From Camelus dromedarius (lineage: Eukaryota), in NCBI RefSeq assembly GCF_036321535.1, contig NC_087437.1, positions 37,822,001 to 37,886,000 on the forward strand: a stretch of DNA of 64,000 nucleotides, read 5' to 3'. Made by a program: the position numbers and the translations under genes. Positions 51,078 to 64,000 of the stretch are shown here, in pieces (the stretch's first letter is position 1; every line of letters starts with the position of its first letter). Below the pieces are notes generated by a model. It was given only the letters and a program-made list of their open reading frames with translations. It searched no databases and was not told the origin of the DNA.

Positions 51078-52869
51078 CTGACACCAGCTTTTTGGTGCTT
51101 GAAAGAGGAATGCTACTGTAAAAACCCCAAAACATGTAGCACTGGCTTTAGGACAGGCCATATCAGGAAGATAGAAGGGCATTAGAAAAGTGTTAGCAAA
51201 AGCCTAAATAATCTTGAGGAGTCTGTCTCTGACAGCTCAAAAGAAAATAAAGAAAATGTGATTGGAAGATGTTTTGTAGTGGTGGGTATTTTGGCAACAT
51301 TATTACCTGAAGTAACGTGGAAGATAGGAAATGTTCCAATGAACTCAATGATCACACTAAGGGAATTGTCATGCAGAATATTGAAAGTATCATCTGGATT
51401 CTTTCACTTCCTATGGTATAATGTTAGAAGAAACAAATGGGCTAAAAAGAGAACTCTTTCAGGATCTAGAACTTTCTTAGTTTCAAAATAAGTATTTTTC
51501 TCTTCCCAAGTCTCTCTAGGTGGCAGATGATACTCAAATTAAGGAATGACTTAAGGGAAAAGATGATTTTAATGTAAAATCTATTATTAAGACCTTCAGA
51601 GAGATCTGAAATAGTACCTCATAGAATCTTTCAAACAAAGCCTTTTAATGATCATAATATTGTAATTTGCAGAACTCTTTGTTATACAGTAAGATGAGTA
51701 AGAATCTTGAGGATGTTATCCCATAGTAGTCTCATAGTGAAGTTGAGGAAGGGAATGGCTTATCTGGAAAAGATTCGGGTTTATATCTTTTGTCTGATAG
51801 AATGAATTATAAATTAATATACAGAAATAATATATCTGCTTGTAATAAAAGGAAGAGGAAATAAAACCATGTGAGAAGGGGTTCTGGACCCTCAGATCTT
51901 ACAAGCAGGAAATTGGTTTAGAAGCCTTAGGGAAAAGAAATGTGGGCTCAAGAGGGAAGGATTGAGTTGAGCCAAGACCCATGGAGAATAATTTCCAGAG
52001 AGTAGGACTGAGCTCTAATCAAAGAACTGGCAACATGTGCCTGGATAAATTTCAGAATTGATGTGGACCAGTGACCATTGTGTGCCTGCTACTTTCCTGT
52101 CACTTTTAATGGGAGTGTCCATAGCATTTATCCAATGCCTGTCTCATAATTTTACTTTGAGTATTTGGAGACCTAGAAAAATTGGCTCTTTAGGCCAAAT
52201 GTGTCACAAGATAGCACATCATTAAAAAGAGTGCTCAAAGAGCTGTGTTTGAGGAACTGCACACAAAGAGTATCACCTATACTTAGATCTGATTTGGATT
52301 GTAAGATTCTTAACTTTGAGCTGATGTAATTTTGGAATGAGACTGTTCAGTCTTGGGGAAGAGAATACATTTATTTTGCATGTGGGAGGGATATAAATTG
52401 TTGTAGTCTAAAGACAAACTGTGGCAGATTGCACTTTTCAAATTTGGCTGTAACCGGACCTCCTAGCTCACTTTTTCTTTTTACAGTATGACTTTGATAC
52501 TCCTCTGATGAAGAGCTATTCTCTTCCCTTAAATCTGAGCAGGATTATGACAAAGCTATATGGCTTTGAGACAGAAGGTCATAAAGCGTGTTACATCTGT
52601 CTAGTTCACTATATTTGTATAATCCCAAGAGGCCAGTGTGGAGAGGGTCATGTGAAGAAGAACGTAGGTCCCTGGCCTGCAGGGACCTATCTGACTGATA
52701 GGTCATATCTGATATACCAACTTGGCAGTCATGTGAGTAAGTCATTTTGATATTTCAGCCCTCAGTTGAACAAATTTTCAGCTGATGCTGCATGAAAGAG
52801 TGCAGATTTGAGAGCAACATAAATTAAATTTTGGAGTGGATTGTTACACAATGGATACAACATTGAACA
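50572..52869 (+). mobile_element. MLT1G/H-like MaLR element with LTR-internal-LTR structure
   Basis: 5' LTR 50572 to about 51083 (with (TAA)n), MLT1-int-like text from tttttggtgcttgaaagaggaatgct, 3' LTR 52420-52869 starting tgtggcagatt. Confidence 0.75.
51019..51072. repeat. (TAA)n microsatellite
   Basis: About 18 TAA units. Confidence 0.97.
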
Positions 52870-53195
52870 CAGAATAAAATCAAACTCCTACCCTGTCCAG
52901 TGAAGACCAGTGTGACCTAGTCTCTGCCTAGCCCCCATGCTCATACAGCTCTCCATTGTGCTTGCTTTTTTCTGATCATAATTTTTCTCCTGTTTTCTAA
53001 AATCTAGCTCATTCCTGTCTTCAGAGTTTGTCATTGTCACTTCCCTGATAAGAGTATTTTTCTCCAAATCTTGTAATTTAGGTCAAAGTTTATGGATAAT
53101 ATGCTCAGAAATAGATTCTCTGACCATCAAATCTGAAGTAACCCACTAGGAACTCCATTCTATCTCCTTATTTTTATCATGGCATTTTTATTCTT

Positions 53196-53203
53196 TCTAT
53201 CTA

Positions 53204-53256
<53 letters not shown>
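53196..53256. repeat. (CTAT)n/(CTGT)n microsatellite
   Basis: Direct observation. Confidence 0.95.
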
Positions 53257-55914
53257 TTTCTATCTATTCTATTTTATCCTTTCCACTACTAAAAAAAAAC
53301 TCTACAGGAACAGGGACATTGTTATTCTTGTCTTTTTCTCCATCTCCATTACCGAGAGTGTGCTTGGTACATAGCAGTTACTTTGCAAATATTTGTTGAG
53401 TGAATGAATCAGTGGAAATAAATATTAATTCAGTTTTACATAGCAAAACAGAAATCTAAGATTTAATACAATACATATTTCCCAGAAAAAACAATGGTTT
53501 CCTTTTTACTAGACCTATTAAATTAATTCAGAAAATGTTCACAATCTTGTGATAACATAGAAAATAGCTTGATCTCTATACCAGGTGGACCTCCTCTGTA
53601 GGTTCCTCCATGTCAGTAAATAGTATATAATAAAACCAAATTTTCCAGTAAAACTTAACACATTTAGTTACTTGATTTTTTTCCGTTATGAATCTTTTAC
53701 TTCCTACAAGACAGACAAAAAATGTAACTCTGAATTTTTCCGTTTTAATGCCATATTTGGAGTTTGCTGTTAAGCTGTTTTAAAATTCTTTTCCAGAGAG
53801 GAAAAAATGAATAAGTAACAATAAAAGAAAAGATTCCAAATTCTGGGAGTTTATGATGTGAATCCTTGGCATAATAGTGATACAGTTTTTTCATCTAATC
53901 AATATTGCACATAGATTAGAAATAGAAAAATGATCTTAATTTACTGACTTGGAATTTACTTCTTCGCACTTCAAAGCCTGGATAACTAAGTAAATGCAGA
54001 AATATAGTTAGAATAATCCTTCTAATTAAGATTAGCCAGAGTCCCAAAATGAGTTAGAGAAATTGCATTAGTGATTTTCTCCCTGGGGAAGAAAGTAGTC
54101 TGAAGTCTCATTAACATCTAATTCTAAAAGAATCAAGAGATCTGTTTATATCATAATCTGACATTTGCAGCTTTCCTCAGTTTTCCTTGGGATTTCTTCA
54201 GATGTATTCTACTGAGAGAGGTATACCAAATCCTTCCGATTTGAGAAGCATATAGAGCAAGTCATAGCCTTAGGCTAGCAGACAGTCTTCTACGCTGATC
54301 ATCCATGTTTCTGTCCTGAACAACCTCTACTGTTGGCTGTTGCATAAGAAACTCCTGGGATTAGTAGTTGGTAGACTTTAATTGCCTATTATTTCTTGCT
54401 CATTTTCTCACTCCTGTGATAAAAGTCAAAGGCTGAGCCCTCAATAGATTCTGTACTTACGTCTTATTCTATTAGCCTAATCATAATGCAATTCCACTTA
54501 AACACAAACACAGCAACAGCAATCATTACTTAATTCTAATTCATAACTCACTCTAAATAAGCCAGACCTTGGCTTTACTAAGCAATTGCCAATGTACATA
54601 AATAATAACATATATTTAGCTTATCACAGTGCCTAACTCTCCCTGATGAGCCAAAAAATTATATTTTGTTGTGCTTATCTTGCAGTTTCACAACTTGTCC
54701 CATTAATTTCCATACTGTTCCCTGAAGCTATTATGTACCTTCATCATCGGCTTCCCACCTTTGGCTCCTTATCTTTTCTTTCGACTCCTGCTTGGCCTTG
54801 TTCCTCTATTAGTGACAGCTTCTTTGGTGATCTAGCTTCTTCTACTTTCCTTGCCTTCAGATATTCTCATAACATCTTCCATCATTCTCCACATATATTA
54901 TTTGCTTTATGCCATACTATATTTGTAAAATACATAAAAGATTGGTAGTATTTTTATTTTATAGATGATGAAACTGAAGTATGGAAGATAAATGACTCCC
55001 GAGAGGCCATGATTTGTGGGCTTTGTAGTGGGTTTAACAGGAGGAAAGCAGAGGTGAAGTGTCAGGATAGAGAAGTTAGAGAGAGCCAAGATGAGTGATA
55101 GAGACCTAAGAAAGAGGGAGTTAAATGGTCCAGGGCATAAAATGACTGGAGGAACAGTAGAAATAAAAAGAGGGAAAGATCTTAAAATTGATGACTCCTC
55201 TGTCCTGATAACTTCAAGTGCATTTCAATTTAAAATCTCTATCACCTCATTGCATGGGGATGGATGAAAAAAAAAAATACAGAGCATTTATCTTTTCCTG
55301 AAGCTTCCCATATTCACAAAATTCCTGATACCAAGAGAAGTACTATGAATCTGTTTAGTTTTATATTAGTTATTGCCATTTCTCTTTATCCCTCCGTATA
55401 CATTTCATAAATTCTTTTTCACATATTATTTAACCTTATCTACTTGCCATGATATTGTTCAGTTGACAAATTCTATTTATTAAATATGAATCACACACAT
55501 TTTAGTGGCCTAAATTATGCATTTATTATACATTACCTCTCTAGGAAAATAATGACTTCAGTAAAGATCATGGTCCCTGGTATTAGCTCCTGTTTGATAG
55601 TATCATCAAAAATGTACTTAATGATGCTGTTACTCTACCTGCCCAAAATTTATCAGTTTCCCCTGGTCCTCTCTGTTAGTCTCAGTTTGGGTCTCTGTCC
55701 AATCCTTTCTTCTTTCTTGTTTCCAGAGCCAGTGTGGGTAGCTGCAGAGTTTCTATGTAATGTGAATTCCAGGGGTGCCCCTGGCATTCTGAAGTGCACA
55801 AGCTGCAAAAATAAATCTAGCTATGACTCTGAATCAGTTCTATATCACAGAGTTTCTATTTGGCTCCTTAGCAGAACATACTCTAATTAATACAAAGAGA
55901 AAACAAACCTATAC

Positions 55915-56950
55915 CTACTAATAAACAGAAGATTTATTTAATGAGCTTCTACAATAAGGCAAGCTGTGTTGGGAACTGAAAAGTGATAGTACAGACCCAG
56001 CCCCACTCTCATGGAGCTTACATTCTAGTATGGGGAGGAGCAGATGATAATAAAATAAAAAATAGGTAGAACAAAACATTGGGGAGTGCTTGGTAGCACT
56101 ATGAAGGAAGATAAAGCAGGATAATAGGTTACACACATATGGATACTTATTTTGAAAAAAAAAAAAAAAAAACCTCTCAGGAGTGGAGATATAAGTGGAA
56201 AAGCTACTCTCTGTAAGAGGATATAGGAACAGAAATCTGAATGAAGGGAATAAGTGAGCTTGCCGTGCAAGTATTTGGAGAAATAGTATTTCTGGGTGAG
56301 GCAATAGCAAGTACAAATGCCCTGAGAAAACAGTGTGTTCAGAATATTTAAGGAATAGCAAGGGGACTACTGTGGCTAGGGCGAAGTAGGCAAGTAGCAG
56401 AATGGTAGGAAATGATGACACAGAGAAAACTAGAGACGAGGTCAAATAGTGACTTTTAAGCAATAGGAAGAACTGAGGAATTTATTCTTAGTGTGATGGG
56501 AAATCTCAGAAGCGTTTTGACCAGAGAAGTAACATTATCTGATTTGCCACTTACAAGTGTCATTCCTGCTACTATGTGGAGAATAGACTGAGAAATGCAA
56601 GGCAGTAAGCCATGAGGAAAGCTGGGAGGCTGTAGAAGGTGCCCATGTTAGATATGATGATGTCATTTGGGCTGGTGATGCAGGTGGTGAGAAGAGTGAA
56701 AATGAGAACATACACCCAAGGTAGCACTGATTACCTTAGCTCTGAATAGTGTTTACAGAAGGATTTGATATGAGATCTGAGAAATAGAAGGATGAAATGT
56801 GATTATAACATTTTAATCCTGAGCAACTAGGTAAGTGGTAGTGCCATTTCATAAGGAACATCAGAAGACAAAAAACTTGAGGGCAGAAAATAATAGGAAT
56901 CAGGAGATAATGTTTAGAGATATTGAGTTGAGGTACCCAAACACATCCAG
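55915..56950 (-). mobile_element. L2 3' part, antisense
   Basis: ctctcatggagcttacattctagt...gcaagtacaaatgccctgag; explains ORF 55918..56463. Confidence 0.85.
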
Positions 56951-57247
56951 TTAGAGTTTAGTGTGTTTGTATTGAGTCAGTTGAGCTAATCTTGGAATTT
57001 TATGTTTACCCAAATTCTCTTCACTGAATAGTTCTAGATGGGTAATAAAGACATTTTTCACAAAATTTGGAAGACAAAAGTAAAGTAGCAGCCATATTCT
57101 TTTTATTCTCACAAGGATAAAGCAGGGATAAGGTACTCTGGCAGTACACACATATGGTCACTTTGCTGACTCACCTTGCTGGCATGAGGCAGCAGAAAAT
57201 TCTCAGAAACTTAAGGAGTATAACAAAGAAAATGAGTATCTAGCACT

Positions 57248-57324
57248 ATATATATATAATATATATATATTATATATATATATATATACACACACACACA
57301 TATGTATGTATCTATATATATATA
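57248..57324. repeat. (TA)n/(CA)n microsatellite
   Basis: Direct observation. Confidence 0.95.
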
Positions 57325-57445
57325 GTACTGTTTGCAATTATAATGGTAGATGGATAATGAGAATTAAGCATATTATTAAATAACATGACAAGGGATTTAA
57401 GTGATAATTAAAGAGCAATCCTTCACCAGTAAGGATAACAAATAC

Positions 57446-57552
57446 CTTTACACAAAGTTCCTATTGGTCCCGGAGCCTGGCAGGTGCTGGCAGTGCTTTT
57501 AAGAGGCTACAGAGTAAGATCTGCCGCGGTTTTGCTGGTCTGTTAAAAATAG
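57446..57552 (-). promoter_or_regulatory. Candidate muscle-type promoter/enhancer (MEF2 site, TATA-like box, E-box)
   Basis: CTATTTTTAA at 57543-57552 (-), TTAAAA at 57497-57502 (-), CAGGTG at 57481-57486, in a GC-richer repeat-free block. Confidence 0.35.
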
Positions 57553-58669
57553 CCTTAGGCCAGACACATGTCATCCATCAGAATTAAGTGGATCACTCAG
57601 CTTCCTGTACCCTGTCTTCTGTTACTCCATGTACTTTCCCAGATTCTGATGGGTCCTTGGCCCTTGCTTCTAGGTGTAACAGTGATCTCTGCCTAGGGGA
57701 AAGGTAATGATCCCTGAAACAATGTATGCAAGCCATGCATATATTTATTATCTCAGGATTGAGCTTCCATTACTAATAATAGCTATCGTGTATTGAGCCC
57801 TCACTCTGTGCCAAGCTCTTGCAAAACACATTCCAGATTTTATCTCATTTAATCCTGGCAACAGTGGTATAAGACAAATTCTAGTATTAGTCTTATTTTG
57901 TATTCAAGTAAATTTAGTTGTAAAGAAATTTAGTAAAATGCTCAAGGTCTCACAGTAAATGGCAGAACAATAAGGACTCAACCAGGTGCCACCTGCCTCT
58001 AATGACTGACCTCATTTATTATATTAAGTTTCTCCCCTGGGCTTAGGTAAAGCTGTGGACAGCTTTCTTGCAGAGATTTCTGGGAGTATATGCCTGTTTG
58101 CTTTGCAGTTGAACTTTGATGTAGCCCCTAGAATCTTGAAATCTTGAAGGAGGGAGCAGAACCTGCAATAACTCTAGTGATGTTTCAAAGTGAGCTTCTG
58201 TTTTGAAATAAACAGCCATATTTTTAAGACAGATTATTTTATTCCAGAAAAAATATCACTTGACTGAATCATTTAACTTTGTAAATAAAAAACCAAACTC
58301 CATATCAGAAAAGTTATTTCAGACCCTTAATTAAAAGCAGTAAATATGTTCTGTTTAATAATGAAAAATATGGTCACTGTAGTACATCTCTGAAGACTGA
58401 CATTTTCTGATTTTTTTTTTTTTTGTTAATAGGATGAGACTTGACTGTTCTAGAAAACAACAGCTTGTCCTGTGGAGAATTCTGAGTACATGCAGATGGA
58501 AAATTAGAGGCTGAATACCAAAAGACAAAGGAGCTGTTTTCCTGAGAGTCCATCTGGGACCCTAAGTACAAGCAGTGGTGAGCTAGTTAGCAAAGGTGAA
58601 GTACGGAGCTGGAGGAGCAATACTGGATCCAAAAGGCAAGATGTACAGTCTATCAGGAAGATTAGCCAT

Positions 58670-59140
58670 CATAAGCGTGTAGGTACTGAAAAACACAGCT
58701 ACAAAGTATATAAAGCTAAACTATCAGAAATAGATTTTCACAAATTAATAGATTAAATTTTTTTCAGTAAACAAAGAACATAGAAGTTTTTCCAAAATAC
58801 TTATATTAGTTAAAAAAAATCAATAAAATGCAAGAAAGATTTGTATATTTTACAATAATGGAAGACAATAGAATAAAATTAGAAATTAAAAGCAAAAATA
58901 ACCAAAATGAATTAATGTTTTGAAAATAAAAATACTTTTCTCAGTTATTTGTGTTAAAGAGGAAATCAAAACTGAAATTATAGATTATAGAATCTCACTA
59001 CATACCATATCACATATTAAAATCATACTCAAAAGAAAATGTATAGCATTAAATGCTTTTTTAAAAAAAGCATGATAACAAGTGAAATTTGCATTCACCT
59101 CAAGAATCTAGCAAAACAACAAAATGAATGAAAAAAATGA
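58670..59140 (+). mobile_element. Old L1M ORF2 fragment
   Basis: aataaaattagaaatt...gaggaaatcaaaactgaaatt...gtatagcattaaatgc. Confidence 0.65.
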
Positions 59141-59150
59141 GAACCAAAGC

Positions 59151-59632
59151 TGACACAATTTGTGGTCATTGTGTTAAATAAAACTGGATCTAAGCATATT
59201 TTCGTGTCCCTCAATAGAACAATACAGAGAACAAGAAAAAATAAGTCAGTTACTTGCTCTAGGAAATTCTTGCTCTTCAAAGACAAGACTGTGAACCAGC
59301 TAAAACAGCTTTTTAATCAAGACTAATAGCTTAACAATACTCATTTCAAGACACTCATTTCATGGTGCCCATCAATCCAAAACTATTATTTTTTAAATCC
59401 TACCAAATCCCAGCCAGTTTCCCTCCTGGAAAGACTCACTTTAAAATCGTTCGGCTCAGGAGCTAAAACCTGATAACACACCCCCCCCCCACCCCCGCCT
59501 CCGCCGGCTCTCCCTGTCTAAGTCACCACACCTGTACTCTACTGACGTGCTATTCTTCCTTACTGCGTAAGATCTCATAAACTCAGCTTTGCTTGATTGA
59601 TGATATTTCTGGAGGAATTTTAAGAAGTTAAC
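59151..59632 (+). mobile_element. ERV1-class LTR (family uncertain)
   Basis: 3' signature ataaactcagctttgcttgat...gttaaca; 5' boundary approximate. Confidence 0.55.
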
Positions 59633-59980
59633 AAAGAAAGAAAAAAAAAGTAAATATAAAAGTTATTTAAATAAGGGAGAAGTGACAAATATTTTTCATT
59701 GAATTCCAAATAATACATGGAGATACTTACCCCTCAGGAAGTGGAGCATAATTCTTATTGTTGTTGTTCTTTTTATTTACGAGCTGAAGCCACACCTGCC
59801 TTTTATAATTAAATGGGTGGAATCCTTCTTTACATCTCTTTGCACATGAAAGACCCAAGAACACTAGGGGTTTACTCAGTCCAAAACCGCTGGGAGCAGC
59901 TCTACAGCTTCCTACCCTGGGTTCTACAAATAGAGCTGTGATAATTCACTCTATGGACAGCCGTTAAATCTTAACATAAT

Positions 59981-60335
59981 TGTGATGGTTAACGTTATGT
60001 GTTGACTTGGTTAGGCCATGACACCCAAATATTTGCTCAAAAGTTATTCTAGATGTTTCTGTGAAGGTGTTTTTAGATGAGTAAAGTTTTGAGTAAAGCA
60101 GATTACTCTCCATAATGTGGGCAGGCCCCATACAATCAATTGAATCAACTTATTAGAAAAAAAACCTGAACTCCCCAAAAGGAGGAATTATACCCACAGA
60201 CCACCTTTGGACTCAACCTGCAACTTCCCTAGGTCTCCTGCCAACCAGCCTACCCAACAGATTTTGCTGAACTTCAACTATCACATAAGCCAGTTTCTTA
60301 AAGTAAGTCAATCAATCATCAATCTCTCTCTCTCC
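59981..60335 (+). mobile_element. MLT2-type ERVL LTR followed by (TA)n
   Basis: tgtgatggttaacgttatgtgttgacttgg...tgagtaaagcagattactctccataatgtggg. Confidence 0.88.
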
Positions 60336-60389
60336 ATATATATATATATATATATATATAATATGCAACAATAAAATAAATGTACTCCA

Positions 60390-61430
60390 AACTCATTAAA
60401 TAGATCAGAATAATTGCATGCAAAATATTAGGAAAATATTAATAGAATGTTTTATTATCTGGACTTAATATACTATCCTATTCAAGAGATACAGCCTGGA
60501 AACAATATAAAATCATGACAAATATAACAATATATAATTATTTTTAAAGTTATTTATGGATAACTGCAGCCATAATTAGTTGCTATTGACAGTCAACATA
60601 GTATAGTAAACTATGGATTAAAGGTAATTATATATTAAATTATGAAATCAGTGAGAAAATATTTAAAAAACATAGCAGAGCAATGAACAAAGAAAGTTAA
60701 AGTAATTCATAGGAGAAGAAATAACAGCAAAAATCATATGAAAAAATCAAACATTTTGGTGATAAGGAAATGGATTTGAAAACAATACAATTCAAAATTT
60801 TGCTATTGAGTTTACTTTTTTCTTTTAAAGCAATGATTAATGAGTATGACAGTGTGGGAGAACATACATAGTTGATGGAAAAGTAAGTTGAAAGACAAAG
60901 TACCTTCTAATACCAACATTTGAAATACGCAAACACTTTGAGTCAAAAATTCCACTTGCAGGATTTACTTCTATAGAAATTCTCCCACTTAGCTCTTTAT
61001 TATTGTATCATTCTTAGGAAAGAAAGAAAATGAAATCATCTTATATTCTATTTATATGGGAATAGGTTAATAAAGAGAGGTATATTTACAGTTTGGAGTA
61101 GCTGGCTGCTATAAAAATAAGATGCACTGATGTGCAAGTTATGCCATTATGTTCGTGAAGTAGAGAAAAAAGCTAATTGCAGAGCAATATACATAGGTTT
61201 AATTTTGTAAAAATAAAGGTAATATTGTGTATTTTTCCTATACATGCAAATGTACACTCATATATACATGTACCTACATATAAATACTTGAATGTGCAAA
61301 TTCTGAATTGTACACATCAGTGTACTCAGATTATAACTAGTGTATAAGAGCTTGGAGGGATAGGTATGAAAAATTTACTTTCATTTTAGACACTTCTGTA
61401 TTATTAAATGTTTTCAAAGAGAAGTCATGT
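60390..61430 (+). mobile_element. Very old L1ME 3' region
   Basis: aattccacttgcaggatttac...cacttctgtattattaaatgtttt. Confidence 0.55.
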
Positions 61431-62792
61431 CTTTTAAGGTTACTTATTTTAAATAGTAGGCCAGTGAGACTGGAAGCCTGACACCCTTCACATCCTTCCC
61501 CAATAAGGTTAGATTCTCCAGCTGTTATTATGCCATTGAACACTCTATCCATGATTGCTTTCTATGTCAGTCATCAGTTGCAACATACCAGAAACACAAT
61601 GACCACAAAAATACCCTTAAGGCTTAATTCAATGTAAAATGATTTAAAAAGTTGGACAATGAAATGAATCAAAGAAGAATGAATAAATAAATGACTTAAC
61701 AGAGGAGAAAGATGAATGAAGGAATAAACAGAATAAGGGAACAGTAGAGGAAATAAAGAAAAATGAGTATGACATATCAGAAAATTACAGTCTTCTGCAA
61801 AAAATTTAAAAAATAGAGAAGTTAAACATCACAATTTAACTGGATGGACATAATAATTGTTAGACCTTGATGGAAATTATTTGCTATTTTTTGTCTATTT
61901 TGTAAACAATATGATCATGTACGTTAGTAAACACAACAAATTAACTTTACTATAAAATTGCTTAAATTGTAATGATATATTTCATTCATTGGATTTCTTC
62001 AAAATATTAGAATTTTCTTATAATTACATAGATGTATCATGAGTAGAAAATTTCCTATTTTGCTAAAAGAATTGATCAGATTTTCATAGCATATTTAGAT
62101 TAGTCATTTAATATCAAAACCTATTTTTTAAAATTATTTACTTTCCTTGGTTATTTGTGTATTGCTTTTCAATTAATAGCTTTCAGTTAGCAAAAAAGGA
62201 AAGTACTTGATGTGCATTTATTCTCTCTGAAGGTAATCATTGTTCAAAAGATGTGAAATGCGTGGTCCAGAACCCAAGGTACTTAGAATGCATTAGACAC
62301 ATCTGTGATGACATTGGAAAGCTGGTTTGTTACCTTACCACATTGTTTCTTCCAAGAAGTAGGCACATTCATAAGAACATAATCCTGAAACTTTCTTAAA
62401 ATTTATATTGAAGAGAGGAAAATGAAATGCTGGCTTTAGTAATGGTGATCATTTCTTTTTAAATATTTAATAGGTATAAATAGCTATTTAGTTATTAGCT
62501 ACTATAAAATAGTTATTTAATAGGTATAAATAGCTAATTTATGCTGCGGTCAAATTTTTTAAGCTATGCAAACCTTATCTTTTTTACTTCAGGTGGAATT
62601 GTTCAACCTTTCTAAATAATAAGCCATTTCTAGGTTAAAGTAAGAAACAACTGGAACATTTTGTGTGGTTTTGTTTTCTTTTGGAGAACTATGCTAGTGG
62701 TACTAGGTTCCCCTTTTGAGAAGCTGGGATAATAGGTAATTTGTCCTTGAAATATATTATTAATACCATATCCTGAGGCCGCTAAACTAATT

Positions 62793-63010
62793 TGAGGGTG
62801 AACAAACTACAGCTCATAGACTCAATCTGTCCCAATGCCTGGTTTTGTAAATAAAGTTTTGTTGGGGCACATTGGTCCATTCATGTCCTTTTTGTCTATG
62901 GCTGCTTCTTTTGCTATAACGGTAGAGTAGCTGCAACAGAGATGATATGTACTCTAAAGACTAAAATATGTACTATCTGGCTCTTTACAGAAAACATTTG
63001 CTCACTCCTG
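62793..63010 (+). mobile_element. MER58A hAT-Charlie MITE
   Basis: ttttgtaaataaagttttgttgg...tactatctggctctttacagaaaa...cctg; imperfect 8-bp TSD aactaatt/aactgaat. Confidence 0.88.
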
Positions 63011-64000
63011 AACTGAATTGACCCTTGTGTCCTTGTGTCCTGCCTCATCACTGTAATAAATGCCCAGAAACTATAAAGAGTACACATAGGCCATAGTTGG
63101 CATTTCTTACACTTGAGAAATGCAAATAATCCCCTCAAAGGATGAAAAGTATATTTCTAGACCATGATTAATGGCTTAAATCACTTTTATTATATATCTG
63201 AATAAACATATAACTAGATATACACCCTTTACATATAGCTTTAGTTTATTCCAAGACATAATTAAAGTATTAAAAATTGAATTACCATCGAATGGAATTA
63301 ATGTTGTTATTTTGCAGAAACTAAATCAGTGTTTGGAGGATGAATATGGCACTACCTGATGTGACATAGGGTCTTTTGAGTTTGGCACGTGGGCCCTACT
63401 GCACTCCACGTGGTGACTCAGTTCTCCCTCTGTTTTTCTCCATTCACATTACTATGAAAACTTTATTGGAACAGAAAAAGTTGGCATCATTTTGGGCTTG
63501 ACTTCTTAAGTAAGCATATCATAAATGGAGAAAGATCATAAAATTGTGGCTCTAAAACTACCTGTGTTCTTTTTCTCATTTTCTCAGGACCAATCATCCA
63601 TTCCCTCATGATACCGACTCATTTCTAAACTGATATGCAGTGCAGGCCCTGGAATCCCATGGCAGCCCTTGTTTATAGTGATCTTCCAGGTGACCTGGTA
63701 TGTGCTTTTATATATACATATATATATATATATATAAAACATTAGAGTATTGTAATCTGAATTATTAGAATACTCTTAAAGTGAAGAGGAAAATTAAACT
63801 ATTCTCAGTGAGAACTTATAGATTATTAGAATACATTTGTACACCTTTATTCTGTTTGAGAAACATTAAGCCACAGAAGAGATGAAACCATTTTAAAAGA
63901 AAAGAAGTGCAGGTTATGGGTCACTTCATTCATTCAGTAAGGCAAGGATTTAAGATGCTATAATATTACTTAGTGCTGGAGCAGTTTTTATTGCAGACTT

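Larger units (their letters stand above)
48700..53410 (+). mobile_element. Long L2 with nested MaLR elements
   Basis: L2 body resumes across both LTR insertions; ends atatttgttgagtgaatgaat. Confidence 0.75.

Noticed and set aside
55918..56463. Longest ORF (181 aa) as a gene
   Set aside because: Lies wholly within an L2 element; low-complexity L/F/S composition
40500..57500. Known muscle micropeptide genes (MRLN, STRIT1/DWORF, PLN) or miR-1/133 downstream of the MEF2 site
   Set aside because: I looked for their coding or mature sequences by eye and did not find them
62218..62384. - strand terminal exon (DYVLMNVPTSW...DVSNAF*) with AATAAA
   Set aside because: Poor pyrimidine tract, unrecognised peptide, no linked exons; compatible with chance
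1..64000. CRISPR arrays, operons, tRNA/rRNA genes
   Set aside because: Mammalian DNA; no regularly spaced repeats or structured RNA genes seen

Overview
AT-rich, repeat-dense mammalian genomic DNA. The young L1 3' end and the ERV1 LTRs look cetartiodactyl, possibly camelid; this is a by-eye judgement. No intact protein-coding gene, RNA gene or CRISPR array is supported, and the supplied ORFs are chance ORFs, repeat-derived, or fragments of the pseudo-exons below. Much of the window is L1, L2, MIR, MaLR/ERVL/ERV1 LTRs and hAT MITEs, several with recognisable target-site duplications (TSDs). The main finding is a decayed multi-exon gene on the + strand at about 497-32300. It has about 15 pseudo-exons with mostly canonical AG/GT ends and matching intron phases, roughly 1350 codons in total, interrupted by many stops and some frameshifts. 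Its conceptual translation matches, motif by motif and in order, the SF2-helicase-like and C-terminal TAGT glycosyltransferase-like regions of GREB1/GREB1L as I recall them. This suggests a lost, highly divergent third GREB1-family paralogue (unitary pseudogene). The family assignment comes from remembered sequences and needs an HMM or tblastn check. Secondary observations: a MER121-like palindrome, twin-primed L1 inversions, an orphan local L1 copy, an LTR-int-LTR MLT1 element, and a candidate MEF2/E-box promoter with small exons on the - strand.
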